Program-made: the position numbers and the translations under genes | The notes under the pieces: generated by a model | Database searches by the model: none | What the model was told of the DNA's origin: nothing | The model's input: the letters and a program-made list of their open reading frames with translations, nothing else | Shown here: positions 36,598 to 47,032 of the stretch, in pieces | Layout of the letters: the number at the start of each line of letters is the position of its first letter | Numbering within the stretch: the first letter of the stretch is position 1 | Assembly: GCA_027031765.1 (NCBI GenBank) | Contig: JALVPN010000110.1 | Coordinates: 33,973 to 97,972, forward strand | From: Promethearchaeota archaeon | Lineage (GTDB): Archaea; Asgardarchaeota; Thorarchaeia; Thorarchaeales; Thorarchaeaceae | Length of the DNA stretch: 64,000 nucleotides | Reading direction: 5' to 3'

Positions 36598-38489
36598 ATG
36601 AGCGCCTTGGTGTCGACGTTCATTGCCTTGTGGATTGTCGACGCCAGGTTCATGCACTTGGTGGCCTCCCCGTGGCACGTGAGAATCCTCTCTGGTACGG
36701 GGCTCACTCGTTTCACGAAGTTGAGTATCTGCTTGCGGTCCGAGTGGCCCGAAAAGCCCTCCACGGTCTCCACCTGCATGTTCACCCTGATGACAATAGT
36801 CTGTCCCTCTCTGTTCCTCATCTGGACCTCTTTCCAGCCCTTCTGAATACGTCGGCCCAGCGTCCCCTCTCCCTGGTACGAGACAAAGATGAGGGTGTTC
36901 TTTTCGTCGGTCGCCATCAGCTTGAAGTATTCCACGCTCGGCCCACCTGCCAGCATCCCAGAAGTCGCCATGATGATGCACGGCTCGCCGTTCACAATCT
37001 CCTCTCTCTGTTCCGGGCTGTCGACCTGCACGAAGATGTCGCTCAGGAACGGGTTCACGCCCTGATGGAATATCATCTCCCTGATCTTCTTGCTGAGGGA
37101 CTCTGGGTGTGTGGTGTGTATTGCAGTGGCCTGTGCTATCATGCCCTCGATGTAGACCGGTACACGGGGCATCCTCTTCTTTGATACGAGGTCCTCGATT
37201 ACTATCATGAGTTCCTGTGCCCGCCCGACCGCGAGGACGGGGATGAGCACCTTGCCTCCCTTCTCAAGAGTCCTCTTCACTATCGAGGCGAACTTCCGCT
37301 CGACCTCCTGCCTAGGTGGCATCTTGTCTGTCGGGAGGCCATACGTACTCTCTATGATGAGGGTTTCAAGTCTTGGAAATGTGAAGGTCGCCGGCTCGAG
37401 GAGCCGTGTGCGCCCGAACTTGAAGTCACCCGTGTATGCCAGGTTGTACTGTCCGTCACCAATGTGTAGGTGCACTATGGCAGACCCGAGGATGTGGCCC
37501 GCATTGTGCAGGGTCAGACGGACATCGGGGGCAATGTCGGTCACCTCACCATAGTTGAGTGGGATTGTGTGCAGGATGGCCTCCTTGACGTCCTTGTCCC
37601 TGTACGGCCTGAGCTTGCCCTCGCGCTCTGCAACATCAAGGTAGTCGAGCTGTAGGAGGGTTGATAGGTTGAGGGTCGGAGCGGTCATGTATACGGGCCC
37701 TTTGTACCCGTACTTGAACAGGAACGGCACCATCCCTGAGTGGTCAAGGTGCGCATGGGATACTATTACTGCATCGAGTGACTCTATGCTGAACTCGGGC
37801 AGGTCGAGCCGTGGGAATGCCCTGCTCGGCGTGCCAACGTTGACACCGCAGTCAATCAGGACGCTGGTCTCCGAGGTCTGGAGGAGCATGCACTGCCTCC
37901 CGACTTCCCTGAACCCGCCAAGTGCAGTGAGCCTGATCCAACCATTGTTGAGGATCATCGGTCTGTGAATGCGTCTGCCAATGCTGCGGAACGTCTTGTT
38001 CCGTCTGGCTGCCTCGGACTGTATTATGTAACGTATCTGCTTGATGAGCTTGCTCTCGATTGGTGGGGTGCGCATTACAGTCGCCCGCCAGAGGGTCTGA
38101 CGCGTTATCTCCCTCAGCGTCGCACCACTCCTCCCGATGACCAGTCCGGGTTTCTGTGCCTCTATTATTACCTCTCCCCTAGAGTCGTCAAAGTCGATGG
38201 ATGTGATCTCGGCCTCAGCCGGCACGAGCCTCCGCACTGTTTCGGCGACCTCGTCGTGGGGGCGCCGCACCTCAGGTGCCGAACGCACAACTATCCGCTT
38301 GCGCATCTTCCTCGCAAGCGCCTTTATCCGATCTCCATCATCCAATAGTATCTTCGGTGCTTTGGAGTAGATTGCTATCTCTGGCCCCTCGAACTCTACT
38401 GAGGTCACCTCTGCTGAACGTGGCAGCGCAGCCAGTACTGCCTCCCTGATGTCAACGTATTCGTTGTTGCTGTTTCGCATTAGAGTCAC
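36570..38489 (-). CDS. aCPSF1: KH-domain beta-CASP metallo-beta-lactamase ribonuclease
   Basis: N-terminal KH domains, HxHxDH (HAHLDHSG), beta-CASP and C-terminal motifs; 639 aa is typical of aCPSF1. Confidence 0.85.
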   Translation of the reverse strand: MTLMRNSNNEYVDIREAVLAALPRSAEVTSVEFEGPEIAIYSKAPKILLDDGDRIKALARKMRKRIVVRSAPEVRRPHDEVAETVRRLVPAEAEITSIDFDDSRGEVIIEAQKPGLVIGRSGATLREITRQTLWRATVMRTPPIESKLIKQIRYIIQSEAARRNKTFRSIGRRIHRPMILNNGWIRLTALGGFREVGRQCMLLQTSETSVLIDCGVNVGTPSRAFPRLDLPEFSIESLDAVIVSHAHLDHSGMVPFLFKYGYKGPVYMTAPTLNLSTLLQLDYLDVAEREGKLRPYRDKDVKEAILHTIPLNYGEVTDIAPDVRLTLHNAGHILGSAIVHLHIGDGQYNLAYTGDFKFGRTRLLEPATFTFPRLETLIIESTYGLPTDKMPPRQEVERKFASIVKRTLEKGGKVLIPVLAVGRAQELMIVIEDLVSKKRMPRVPVYIEGMIAQATAIHTTHPESLSKKIREMIFHQGVNPFLSDIFVQVDSPEQREEIVNGEPCIIMATSGMLAGGPSVEYFKLMATDEKNTLIFVSYQGEGTLGRRIQKGWKEVQMRNREGQTIVIRVNMQVETVEGFSGHSDRKQILNFVKRVSPVPERILTCHGEATKCMNLASTIHKAMNVDTKALMVTESIKLV

Positions 38490-38598
38490 GTCTCAACTAT
38501 GGGTCTGTGCCTCTTGTACTACGCCCCTTCGGGGTGGGCCCGAAGGAGGTCGGCCCCTTCTTGGCCATGGCGCGGGTCGGCCCGCTCTGCCATGCCAC

Positions 38599-39234
38599 TC
38601 ACTTCTTCCAGATTTTCATGATGGTGTCTTTGGATACCTCGGCGTACCCGTCCTTGTCAATGACACTCACGAGAATGGAGTTTCCAGAACCTGCATCCCT
38701 CTCAATTGCAGCTGCAACCGCGTGGACTGCAAGCTCTATGGCCTTCTTCTTTGGCAGGTCGTCCTTGTACCCGGTTTCCAGCACGCCGAGGGCAACTGGA
38801 GAACCAGACCCTGTCGCTGCGAACTTGTCTGGGAGCACTGAGCCTATGAAGTCTGTATAGTAGATGTGGGCCCCGTCCTCATCGTATCCTCCCACAAGAC
38901 ACTGCAGGAGGTATAGCCCGCGTCCTTGGAACATGATGTTGCTGAGTAGCCGTGTTAACGCCCTGACGGTAATTGGCTTGTTCCTCTGGATTTCATAGAG
39001 CTTTGCCTCCGCCTTGAGGACATCCATTATCATCTGCGCGTCGGCCACCGAGCCTGCAATCGTAGCACCAATGCGATCCGTAATCTTGTAGATTTTCTTT
39101 GCAGTCTTGTTTGCAATCAGGTATCCCATTGTCGCCCGTTGGTCGCTTGCTAAGACGACGCAGTCCTTTGCGACCAGCCCCACGGTTGTGGTGCCGGTCT
39201 TCAGTTCGGCCGGAGGCTGCATCTGATGTTCCAT
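38599..39234 (-). CDS. psmB: proteasome subunit beta
   Basis: GTTTVGLV propeptide-cleavage site and Ntn-hydrolase fold motifs. Confidence 0.9.
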   Translation of the reverse strand: MEHQMQPPAELKTGTTTVGLVAKDCVVLASDQRATMGYLIANKTAKKIYKITDRIGATIAGSVADAQMIMDVLKAEAKLYEIQRNKPITVRALTRLLSNIMFQGRGLYLLQCLVGGYDEDGAHIYYTDFIGSVLPDKFAATGSGSPVALGVLETGYKDDLPKKKAIELAVHAVAAAIERDAGSGNSILVSVIDKDGYAEVSKDTIMKIWKK

Positions 39235-39397
39235 GTCGATAGACTCCGTTCACTTGAGAGGTCGGTCTGGAGAACTAGTCACAACCCCCACCCCGACTCC
39301 ATATTAAAAGCTTTCCGCCGAGGAACTCAGGCTGGAGTTGAAACACAGACGTCGGGCCGCGACCGACTTGCACCTCTACGTGCCGTGTCCTCTTGTA

Positions 39398-40228
39398 CTA
39401 GTTGGTGCTCTCAGTACTGTCGTTCCCCTCGACGTCCTCGTCGGTGCCTGTCTCCTCCTCTTCGTCCTCCGCCAGTCCGCCCGGACGCTCGAAGGTCACC
39501 ACTAGTCTGACCCTCTTGGCCTCTTTGTAGAACTGCAAAGTGTCCCGGGCAATTCCAATCTCGGCATACTGCACACCCTCGACATAACGGGTCTCAAGTG
39601 GCAGCCCAATTGTCACAGTGTCATCCTCTATCGAGACGTCCACACGGCTCTCAAGTATGCCCGGAATCCGCCTCTTCACGAACGCACGGATTACGTCCAC
39701 GGTGTCCTGCAGGATTTCCCTGACCGTCACCTCAAAGACAAGTGTCTTGCCTGCGAGGGGGCTGTTGAAGTCGACACGGGCACGTCTACCGAGCACCTGC
39801 GTTATGACCCCACGCTCTCCCCCCATCACGACCTCCTCACCACGTGATATCTTTACCCCCATTTTGATGAGCTTTGTCTTGGCAATCATCTTGACCTTCT
39901 TTGGGTCATGGGGGCCCACACCCCTCTCGGGTGGCACCTCAATGGTCTTCGTCTCGCCCTCCTCCATCCCCACCAGTTCCTCTTCTACCGCCTCTATTAG
40001 CCAGTTCCAGCCAACGACCACCAGCACAGGCTCGTACCGGTTGCTCTCCTTGAACAGCCCCTCCTGCTTGGCGACCTCCTCTATTGTGAGGTCGAATATG
40101 TTTCCGTCATCCTTGGTCCTGGCCACGTAGTCGACATACACGACACTCCCGTCTTCGACCACGCGTGGCCCACTTGCCGGTGTGTCCTCTGCGGTCTCCT
40201 TGGCGGTATCAGGCGTTTCCTCTGACAT
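39398..40228 (-). CDS. FKBP-type peptidyl-prolyl cis-trans isomerase (long form)
   Basis: VVYVDYVARTKDDGNIFD FKBP motif, IF-domain insert, acidic C-terminal tail. Confidence 0.8.
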   Translation of the reverse strand: MSEETPDTAKETAEDTPASGPRVVEDGSVVYVDYVARTKDDGNIFDLTIEEVAKQEGLFKESNRYEPVLVVVGWNWLIEAVEEELVGMEEGETKTIEVPPERGVGPHDPKKVKMIAKTKLIKMGVKISRGEEVVMGGERGVITQVLGRRARVDFNSPLAGKTLVFEVTVREILQDTVDVIRAFVKRRIPGILESRVDVSIEDDTVTIGLPLETRYVEGVQYAEIGIARDTLQFYKEAKRVRLVVTFERPGGLAEDEEEETGTDEDVEGNDSTESTN

Positions 40229-40274
40229 CTCTCATACCTACTGCTACACGCTCTCTGCGACACGCCCACGGCAC

Positions 40275-40895
40275 TCATAAAACGGTTTCCGTAGCTGCGC
40301 CCACATGCCGTCCCCTCAGGATGCTGATCTTCTCGAAAAAGAGGTGCTCTGTAGCGACTACGTCTACCAGTAGCCCCGCCTCCTTCATGGCGCTGATGAC
40401 TGCCGCCTGACCGCCCAGTGATGACACGACGATGTAGGCCTCGCCGCCGGGGGCAAGGTGCTGTGCACAACGGCGCACGAACCGGACTGCGGTCTCTGGC
40501 CCCGTGCTACCACCGACCAGCGCGTGGTCAAGCGTACTCCTCTCCTCATCGTCCGGCAAGTATGGTGGGTTGAACACGATGACTGAGGCACATATTGGCC
40601 GTCGGAAGGCCTCAAGGAGGTCGCACTGCACGAGATGGCAGTGCCTGTCGAGACCGTGCTCTCTGAGGTTGTGACGGGTGTTCCGTATTGCGAGCACCGA
40701 TATGTCCGTTGCAATTACCTGTCGTGCTATGGTCGCCCCTGCCATTGTGACCAGTCCAGCACCACACCCGACCTCTACGAACAGATCGCATCTGTCGAGT
40801 CCTGCAACAGTGTCTACCAGCAGGAACGTGTCCTCTGCGGGAGGGTACACGCCATCCATGACTGTGTACTCCGTCCTATCACTGGACCATTTCAT
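40275..40895 (-). CDS. HemK/Mtq2-family N5-glutamine methyltransferase
   Basis: VEVGCGAGL motif I and VFNPPY catalytic motif. Confidence 0.7.
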   Translation of the reverse strand: MKWSSDRTEYTVMDGVYPPAEDTFLLVDTVAGLDRCDLFVEVGCGAGLVTMAGATIARQVIATDISVLAIRNTRHNLREHGLDRHCHLVQCDLLEAFRRPICASVIVFNPPYLPDDEERSTLDHALVGGSTGPETAVRFVRRCAQHLAPGGEAYIVVSSLGGQAAVISAMKEAGLLVDVVATEHLFFEKISILRGRHVGAATETVL

Positions 40896-40901
40896 CTGGT
40901 G

Positions 40902-41762
40902 TCAGGGCCCCTCTAGCAGTCCCTCATCTATCATTTTCTGGAGCAGGTCAGCAAGGGCAATCAGGTCTTCCAGTGCGATACACCGTGGTCTGTCTGTTGG
41001 CGCAATCCTGTCACCAATCTCCTGGAGCACAGTGTCCACAAGCGCACTGTCCAGGCCTGCGTTCTTGAACCATATTGACAGTGCCCGTTTGAAGTGTTTG
41101 TTCCGATGGGCATAGACACCACGCACCATCCATGAGAATGTCTTCCTGTCATGTCTGACCTCTCTGTCCACCGGCATCAGGCGCACAACTGTCGAGTCGA
41201 CCTTCGGCCTCGGATAGAACGCCTCCGCAGGCACATCGAACAGTCTCTCCACATCTGCAAAGTACCTCGTGTTCACTGTGAGGCGGGAGTACTCGCCAGT
41301 ACACGGCCTGGCCATGAGCCGATGTGCGAACTCGCGCTGGTACATGAGCACCGCCTCCTCGAATGAGTAGTTGTTGAGGAGCCTGAACGTAATGTCTGAC
41401 GATATGCTATATGGCAGGTTCGAGACCACCTTGTCTGCACGCGGGAGCTCCATCGTCAGCGCGTCCCCATGGATCACCTCCACATTGTCGAGGTCCCGGA
41501 GGAGTCCCCTCATCGCTTGCACGAGCCTGCGGTCTATCTCTATGACGAACACCCGTCGGGCCACGGCAGCAAGTGCCCGGGAGAGTGTCCCGAGCCCGCC
41601 TCCAATCTCAAGCACATCGTCGTCTCTGTCGAGCCGGGCCTCCACGACAGTCCTCCTGACAACCTGCGGGTTCACAAGAAATGTCTGCCCCTTCTTCCTG
41701 TCCGGCCGTATCGAGTACCGCCTCAGGACCCTCCTGACCATGTCCTCCGATAAGAAGCTCAC
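40902..41762 (-). CDS. rsmA: 16S rRNA (adenine1518/1519-N6)-dimethyltransferase KsgA/Dim1
   Basis: GQTFLVN, LEIGGGLGTLS and NLPY motifs. Confidence 0.85.
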   Translation of the reverse strand: MSFLSEDMVRRVLRRYSIRPDRKKGQTFLVNPQVVRRTVVEARLDRDDDVLEIGGGLGTLSRALAAVARRVFVIEIDRRLVQAMRGLLRDLDNVEVIHGDALTMELPRADKVVSNLPYSISSDITFRLLNNYSFEEAVLMYQREFAHRLMARPCTGEYSRLTVNTRYFADVERLFDVPAEAFYPRPKVDSTVVRLMPVDREVRHDRKTFSWMVRGVYAHRNKHFKRALSIWFKNAGLDSALVDTVLQEIGDRIAPTDRPRCIALEDLIALADLLQKMIDEGLLEGP

Positions 41763-42358
41763 CGGCCCTTCTCTCTCTCCTCATTTCGTCGTGGTGGCCT
41801 GACAAAGAGCCACCTCTTCACATCCTCTTGCAGCTCCTCGATGATCCGTGCAGTTATCACTTTCTTCGGGTTCTGTAGCTTTGTCCTCGCAGCAATGTCT
41901 GCGAAGCTCTTGAATGGCTCCTTCTTTCTCTCTTCAAGGAGGGCCCACATGAGGGTCTGTCCGACACCCGGCAGCAGCTGCAAGGAGTGCATCCTTGTAG
42001 TTATCGGCTTGGCCTCGTTGAAGAACTGTACGAACCTGTACTCGTGCTTTGTGACGATTATCTCGACAACGAGCGGCAGTTCCGCAGCGCTCTCCGGTGC
42101 AAGTTCGTCGTAGGTTATCCTCCGCTTCACGTACTCAATCTTGGACTTGGCGTTCTTGAGCAGTGAGACCCGTTCTTGGGGGTGGAGCTTCGCACCCCGT
42201 TTCGGTACGAGTTCTAGGAGGGTGAAGTTGTCCTCGCCAACGGCTTGGGCCACGGTATCTCCCCGGGGGCGGGTGTCCCTAAGGAACATCTTTGGCTGGA
42301 TGACCGCCAAGATATATGCATGTGTTTCACTCTTGCGTCCTCCGGGGCGTCCTTCCAT
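41759..42358 (-). CDS. DUF655-family protein (OB-fold + HhH), conserved partner of Rpo4/KsgA
   Basis: HhH motif LQLLPGVGQTLMWALL; conserved rpoF-DUF655-ksgA-hemK operon arrangement. Confidence 0.6.
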   Translation of the reverse strand: MEGRPGGRKSETHAYILAVIQPKMFLRDTRPRGDTVAQAVGEDNFTLLELVPKRGAKLHPQERVSLLKNAKSKIEYVKRRITYDELAPESAAELPLVVEIIVTKHEYRFVQFFNEAKPITTRMHSLQLLPGVGQTLMWALLEERKKEPFKSFADIAARTKLQNPKKVITARIIEELQEDVKRWLFVRPPRRNEEREKGR

Positions 42359-42480
42359 CTCATCACATTCCTAGCCTTGTTGCACCGCATCGTTGCTGAG
42401 TTTATCTGCTACGGATAAAAATAGTTCGGGCCTGAGCACAGACCGGGCACACGATTCCGCGTCCGCCCCGTTATCTGCTA

Positions 42481-42831
42481 TCAGGACCTGCTCTTCTTCA
42501 CAATCTCCACGATTTCGGCGAGCTGCTCGTCCGTCAGATTGGTGGTGCGTGCGTCCAGTATTGTGCGCAGTTCCTCAAGTGTGGTGGGTGCTATGTTCGC
42601 CACCTGCACGGCCTGTGCACGCGTGATGCCATATTTCTTGACCAGCCGCTCCACCAGTTTCTTGGACACGGCCGGGGCCATCTTGGAGAATATCGTTGCG
42701 TGCTCAAGGGTGATTAGCTGTTGGAACGACAGCTCACTACCCCTCTCGCGTTCTTCCTTGGCCCGTTGCGAGAGGATTTTCTTCACCTGGGCGAGCGTGA
42801 CCTCTTCCTGACCGATAATCTCCTTAGGCAT
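42481..42831 (-). CDS. rpoF: DNA-directed RNA polymerase subunit Rpo4 (F)
   Basis: 116-aa helical protein with typical Rpo4 N-terminus, located upstream of DUF655/ksgA. Confidence 0.75.
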   Translation of the reverse strand: MPKEIIGQEEVTLAQVKKILSQRAKEERERGSELSFQQLITLEHATIFSKMAPAVSKKLVERLVKKYGITRAQAVQVANIAPTTLEELRTILDARTTNLTDEQLAEIVEIVKKSRS

Positions 42832-42835
42832 CGCT

Positions 42836-43132
42836 TCATCCCCTGCTCGGCCGCAAGTGCTCCGGTCTCACAATCAGCGTCTTCGTGGCCTTTCCTAGGG
42901 CCACGTCCACTATGATGCCCCGTCCGCGTTTCCCTGTGACGACCCCCGTCCTCCCGTGATACCTGCGGTGTGGCATGCCCTTGTGGAAACTGGGGTCTAT
43001 TATTATGTCGACCCGCTGACCCACCTCATAGTCAACGAGCAGATGGCCCAGCGGTCTCATACCACGCTCTCTGACCCGCTTGCTGAGGAGGGACCGTGTC
43101 CTTGCCCTGTACCCATGACTGTTCTTGACCAT
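42836..43132 (-). CDS. rpl21e: 50S ribosomal protein L21e
   Basis: MVKNSHGYRARTR...GMPHRRYHGRTGVV matches L21e. Confidence 0.85.
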   Translation of the reverse strand: MVKNSHGYRARTRSLLSKRVRERGMRPLGHLLVDYEVGQRVDIIIDPSFHKGMPHRRYHGRTGVVTGKRGRGIIVDVALGKATKTLIVRPEHLRPSRG

Positions 43133-43388
43133 CGGGCATCATCCTGCCAGTCCTTTTGCCCCGGTATGCCATAAACCTTAGACCTACTAGTGCATGCCCG
43201 AGGCTCAGCATCACGTCCGGAGTAGTCACTTAAGGGTTATGGTCTGTGGTTCTGTTGAATTATTGTTGGTAAGATGGAAGAACCAAATATGAGACTATTG
43301 AGTTTTCTTGGTCTTGCTCCGGAGAACTACACGGGCGTTACGAACTTCATAAAGATGATATGCTGGTATATCTTATAGGTGATGGACG

Positions 43389-44123
43389 ATGAATAATAAA
43401 GATACAGGGGAGGACTCTGGAATGATAGAGAAAAAGATTGGGCAACAATACGAGGAATGGGCAAAAAGCTACGACGAAGACAAAATCAAATTGTTCGGAG
43501 AGTCTGGGGTGGATTATAATGAGTTTATGAAATCACTCCTATCACTGTGTGAATTGAAGCCCAATATGAGTATTCTAGATGTCGGGGCTGGGACAGGACT
43601 AACATCTATTGCAATAGCAAAAGCGCTCTCATGCAATTGCAGAATTCTCGCTGTTGAACCCATTGATGAAATGATTGAGAGGGCCAGAACAAATGTTCAA
43701 CAAGAAGGAGTTGAAGACTGCATAGAGTTCAAGAATGGCATAGGGGAATCTCTTCCATGCAATGATGAGGAATTCGATCTGGTGACCTGTACATTTGCCA
43801 TCAGACATATGGACGTTGAGGGAGCACTCTTGGAATTTGAAAGGGTTCTAAGGCCAAGTGGAAGGATTGTGATTGCAGATATATGTGCACCAGAAAAATG
43901 GAGGAGCCTGCCCGGGAAAATAATCACGCCCTTGATGCAGTTTATGATAAGCCGGAAGTATAAAGGAGAAATGAAATCAAAAGTTCTAACCGTAAACGAA
44001 TGGAAAACGTTGATTGAGAAACTGGACTTGAGAATTCGTAGTATTGTGGAGTTTCCTGGAAAGAGAGAGCCAGAATGGGAGATTAAAAGGGTAATAATGT
44101 CTATCCAAAAGGGTATTCAATGA
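43389..44123 (+). CDS. class I SAM-dependent methyltransferase (Methyltransf_11-like), low-GC
   Basis: Motif I ILDVGAGTGLTS plus acidic loop and motif II; the gene and its 5' flank are markedly AT-rich relative to the window. Confidence 0.7.
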   Translation: MNNKDTGEDSGMIEKKIGQQYEEWAKSYDEDKIKLFGESGVDYNEFMKSLLSLCELKPNMSILDVGAGTGLTSIAIAKALSCNCRILAVEPIDEMIERARTNVQQEGVEDCIEFKNGIGESLPCNDEEFDLVTCTFAIRHMDVEGALLEFERVLRPSGRIVIADICAPEKWRSLPGKIITPLMQFMISRKYKGEMKSKVLTVNEWKTLIEKLDLRIRSIVEFPGKREPEWEIKRVIMSIQKGIQ

Positions 44124-44309
44124 TGAAACCAAGTTGTGCTGGCAGGCTTGGGCACTCTGCGGTGCATCGTACCCTTCCCCCTATCGGGGCCACTTGGCAA
44201 GCGGATATCTGGCTACGGCTGTCGACTTCGCGCAAATCCTCCGCTGTCGCTCAGGCTCCAGATACCCACCCGACATCATACCGACAATAGGTTGACAGAA
44301 CTTGTTCTG

Positions 44310-45668
44310 CTAGTCCCCATATACCGCAGTCACTACGAGTTCTCTGCATGTACACTCAGTACCCAGCAGCTCGGAGAGCGATGGGCGTGTCCTCCCACCA
44401 TCACCAGATATCAGCTCCTTGACATACGTCCCACCCTGGACCCTGAAAATGCCCTCCAGAGTCCTCGGCCCACACCTCTTGAGCTCGACAAGGTACACAT
44501 GTTTCTCCCGAGTCCTGTCACTGCGTCTGTGCAGCACCCGGTGTGGTGTCTGCTGCTCAACGGTGACCCCTGAGAGGGCTGATGCAGCCTGTCGGACTGC
44601 CACGTCGTCCACATCCTCTGCTGTTTCTATCACTGCACTGTACTCCTTGATGTTTGCAGAGGCCTCTTCCTTCAGCTTGTGCATGTGATGCCTGTCAGTG
44701 AAGCGCAGGTCATGTACCTCCACCTTGCCCTCGGCCTCCCTGTTGATGGTCTCCTGCAGCTCGGCGAGGTCTACCGACCTGACCCGCGGCTCAGACACCT
44801 CAACAACAAACGGCCGCCCAGTCCCCAGCATCAACACATCGATGTCCTCTCTCCCAGCAGCATGAAACTTGAAGCGTTTACCCTCGGCCAGTCTCTGCGC
44901 CGGCACCCCTATGTACTCTGCAATGGAGTCTGGGTATTTCCGCCCGGTGCCACCACAACTGTCGCACCCCTTCCCACGACACTCGGGACAGTCCCATCTG
45001 CTCTGTGGGATCCCACGCTGGAGCTTCTTGTACCGGCCGTATATGAATATCGGGCTGACCTGCAGCTTGACATCATGTCCTGCAACATCGTAGACTATCA
45101 CCATCTGGGGGGACTCGAAGTCCACAGGCCTACTGAGCCGCCGCTGCAGGGCGCGTCCTATCTCTCGGTTGATTTCCGAGCGTATCGTCTCTCCATGGAC
45201 AATCCCATGCTGCCCACGAAGCTCGTCCTCCCGCTCTGCAAGGTTGGGCGGTGGGATGCTCCCGACAAGAAAGCTGTCAAACTCGTAGCCGTCGACTGCC
45301 AAGAGGATGTCCTCTACGATGCGGTTGATACTGTCGAATATTGGGACGCCACTGACTGAGCACAACCAGCATGTCCTCTCACTGTCGAACGGGATGCCGT
45401 ACTTCTCTGCAAGGGCCCGTGCTGGCGCAAACATCCCGTTTTCAGCAAGTGTCCTCACCAGTCCGCGCCCCCACTCGTCCTTTCTCTCCCTTATGGCCGC
45501 GTCGGCAAGCATCATGAGGACCATCTTTATTGCATGCCCCCGTTCCCTGTTCGTAGTACCGGTTCCCAGCCACGCGACCTGTCTGCCCAGGCAGAAGTCG
45601 CATAGTGGTCGCTCGTGGAGAATTGCCTCGGCCACACGTAGGAGCTCAAGCCTGTCGCTCTCTGTCAT
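44310..45668 (-). CDS. pus10: tRNA pseudouridine synthase Pus10
   Basis: N-terminal zinc ribbons (CDFCLGRQ, CPECRGKGCDSCGGTG), THUMP-like region and C-terminal Psi synthase domain; length typical. Confidence 0.7.
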   Translation of the reverse strand: MTESDRLELLRVAEAILHERPLCDFCLGRQVAWLGTGTTNRERGHAIKMVLMMLADAAIRERKDEWGRGLVRTLAENGMFAPARALAEKYGIPFDSERTCWLCSVSGVPIFDSINRIVEDILLAVDGYEFDSFLVGSIPPPNLAEREDELRGQHGIVHGETIRSEINREIGRALQRRLSRPVDFESPQMVIVYDVAGHDVKLQVSPIFIYGRYKKLQRGIPQSRWDCPECRGKGCDSCGGTGRKYPDSIAEYIGVPAQRLAEGKRFKFHAAGREDIDVLMLGTGRPFVVEVSEPRVRSVDLAELQETINREAEGKVEVHDLRFTDRHHMHKLKEEASANIKEYSAVIETAEDVDDVAVRQAASALSGVTVEQQTPHRVLHRRSDRTREKHVYLVELKRCGPRTLEGIFRVQGGTYVKELISGDGGRTRPSLSELLGTECTCRELVVTAVYGD

Positions 45669-45739
45669 TCTGACGGTCCTCCTTCTCGCACACGCGATGG
45701 TGCCCTCATAAACGTGTTTGAGAGGACATGTGATGCGTA

Positions 45740-46960
45740 TCAGAAGAACGGGTGGACATACCTGATGGCCCGCAGTATGGCGAGGACTGCCTGGGGCCTT
45801 GACAACACCCCCCAGATGGCCCTGTGCTGGTGGTCCATGTCGCCCCTCTCAGTCACCACACTCACAAGTCCATACCGTGACGCGTCATTCACCAAGGAGT
45901 CAAGCCCCCTGTCCGACAGTGCTGCGACGAGTCGTTGTGCCAAGTACATTGTACCAAGCTCGTTCAGCAGTCTCCCACGCCACTGTTCTTCATAGAGGCG
46001 CGCCGCGTCCACACACTCGTCCATGCGGCCCAGGGCATACCGCACTGCCCTACCCGCCATCAGGGCCGCAAGTCCTCCCATTATCACACCCCCTCCCGTC
46101 GTCGCTTTCACCTGCCCCGCTGCATCGCCTACTACCATCAGCCCCGGCATGTGTGTCCTGGAAATGGGTGGGCCCACAATGACCGTCCCGCCGAGTCTCC
46201 TGTGGACTACGCCGTCCTCAAGCCTCTTTCGCATGACCGGATGGTGGCGTACTGCAGCCCTCAGTCGTAGTGGCGCCCGGTTCCGGGCAGCCAGTCCAAC
46301 CCGCACACGCCCCTCTCCAATAGGAATGATCCACGCAAAGAAACCCGGCGCGTACTTGCGACTGTAGAACATCTCTACAGTGTCTTCCTCGACCTGTACG
46401 CCACTCATCTCGTACTGGTACGCCGGGAAACGGTTTCGTTGCGCCACACGGGGCAGACCTGCAGCCTTGGAGATGACCCCTCTCACGCCCTCTGCGTCAA
46501 TGACATACTCTGCGTGGTGCTCCTCTACTGTGTCACCGGTGCGTACTCTGACACCAGTCGTCCTGTCCCCTTCCTTCAGCAGGGCTGTGACCTTCGTCCC
46601 GGTGCAGACGGTGACCCCCATTTCCTCTGCACGAGTTGCCAGCCACCGGTCAAACTTGCGCCTGTCGACCACCAGTGCCTCCTCCCGTCCCCGACGCAGC
46701 ACGACCGTGTGCCCGGATGGGGAGATGATCCGTGCACCGCTCACCCTGTTCTGGACGACCTCTGGTGGTGGTGATAGTCCGAGGCTCCGGAGTCCAGTGA
46801 CGCTGAGGAGTCCTGCACAGTGGTCTGGCTCTCCCACCCTCATGTGCTCTTCGAACACGACCACCCCGGCCCCGTCTGAAGCAGACTCTCTGGCTGCGAG
46901 CAGTCCTGCTGGGCCACCCCCTATGACAACTACGTCGTGCCTCAGTGGCGTCATCGGCAA
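45740..46960 (-). CDS. geranylgeranyl reductase family FAD-dependent oxidoreductase (second paralog)
   Basis: HDVVVIGGGPAGLLAARE, CAGLLS, GDAAG motifs. Confidence 0.75.
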   Translation of the reverse strand: MPMTPLRHDVVVIGGGPAGLLAARESASDGAGVVVFEEHMRVGEPDHCAGLLSVTGLRSLGLSPPPEVVQNRVSGARIISPSGHTVVLRRGREEALVVDRRKFDRWLATRAEEMGVTVCTGTKVTALLKEGDRTTGVRVRTGDTVEEHHAEYVIDAEGVRGVISKAAGLPRVAQRNRFPAYQYEMSGVQVEEDTVEMFYSRKYAPGFFAWIIPIGEGRVRVGLAARNRAPLRLRAAVRHHPVMRKRLEDGVVHRRLGGTVIVGPPISRTHMPGLMVVGDAAGQVKATTGGGVIMGGLAALMAGRAVRYALGRMDECVDAARLYEEQWRGRLLNELGTMYLAQRLVAALSDRGLDSLVNDASRYGLVSVVTERGDMDHQHRAIWGVLSRPQAVLAILRAIRYVHPFF

Positions 46961-47032
46961 CCTTTTGGTATGGTACCCTTTTTATCTCTGGTCTATGTGA
47001 CGCACTAGAGTCCTTGGGGGTGTCCCCCTCAC

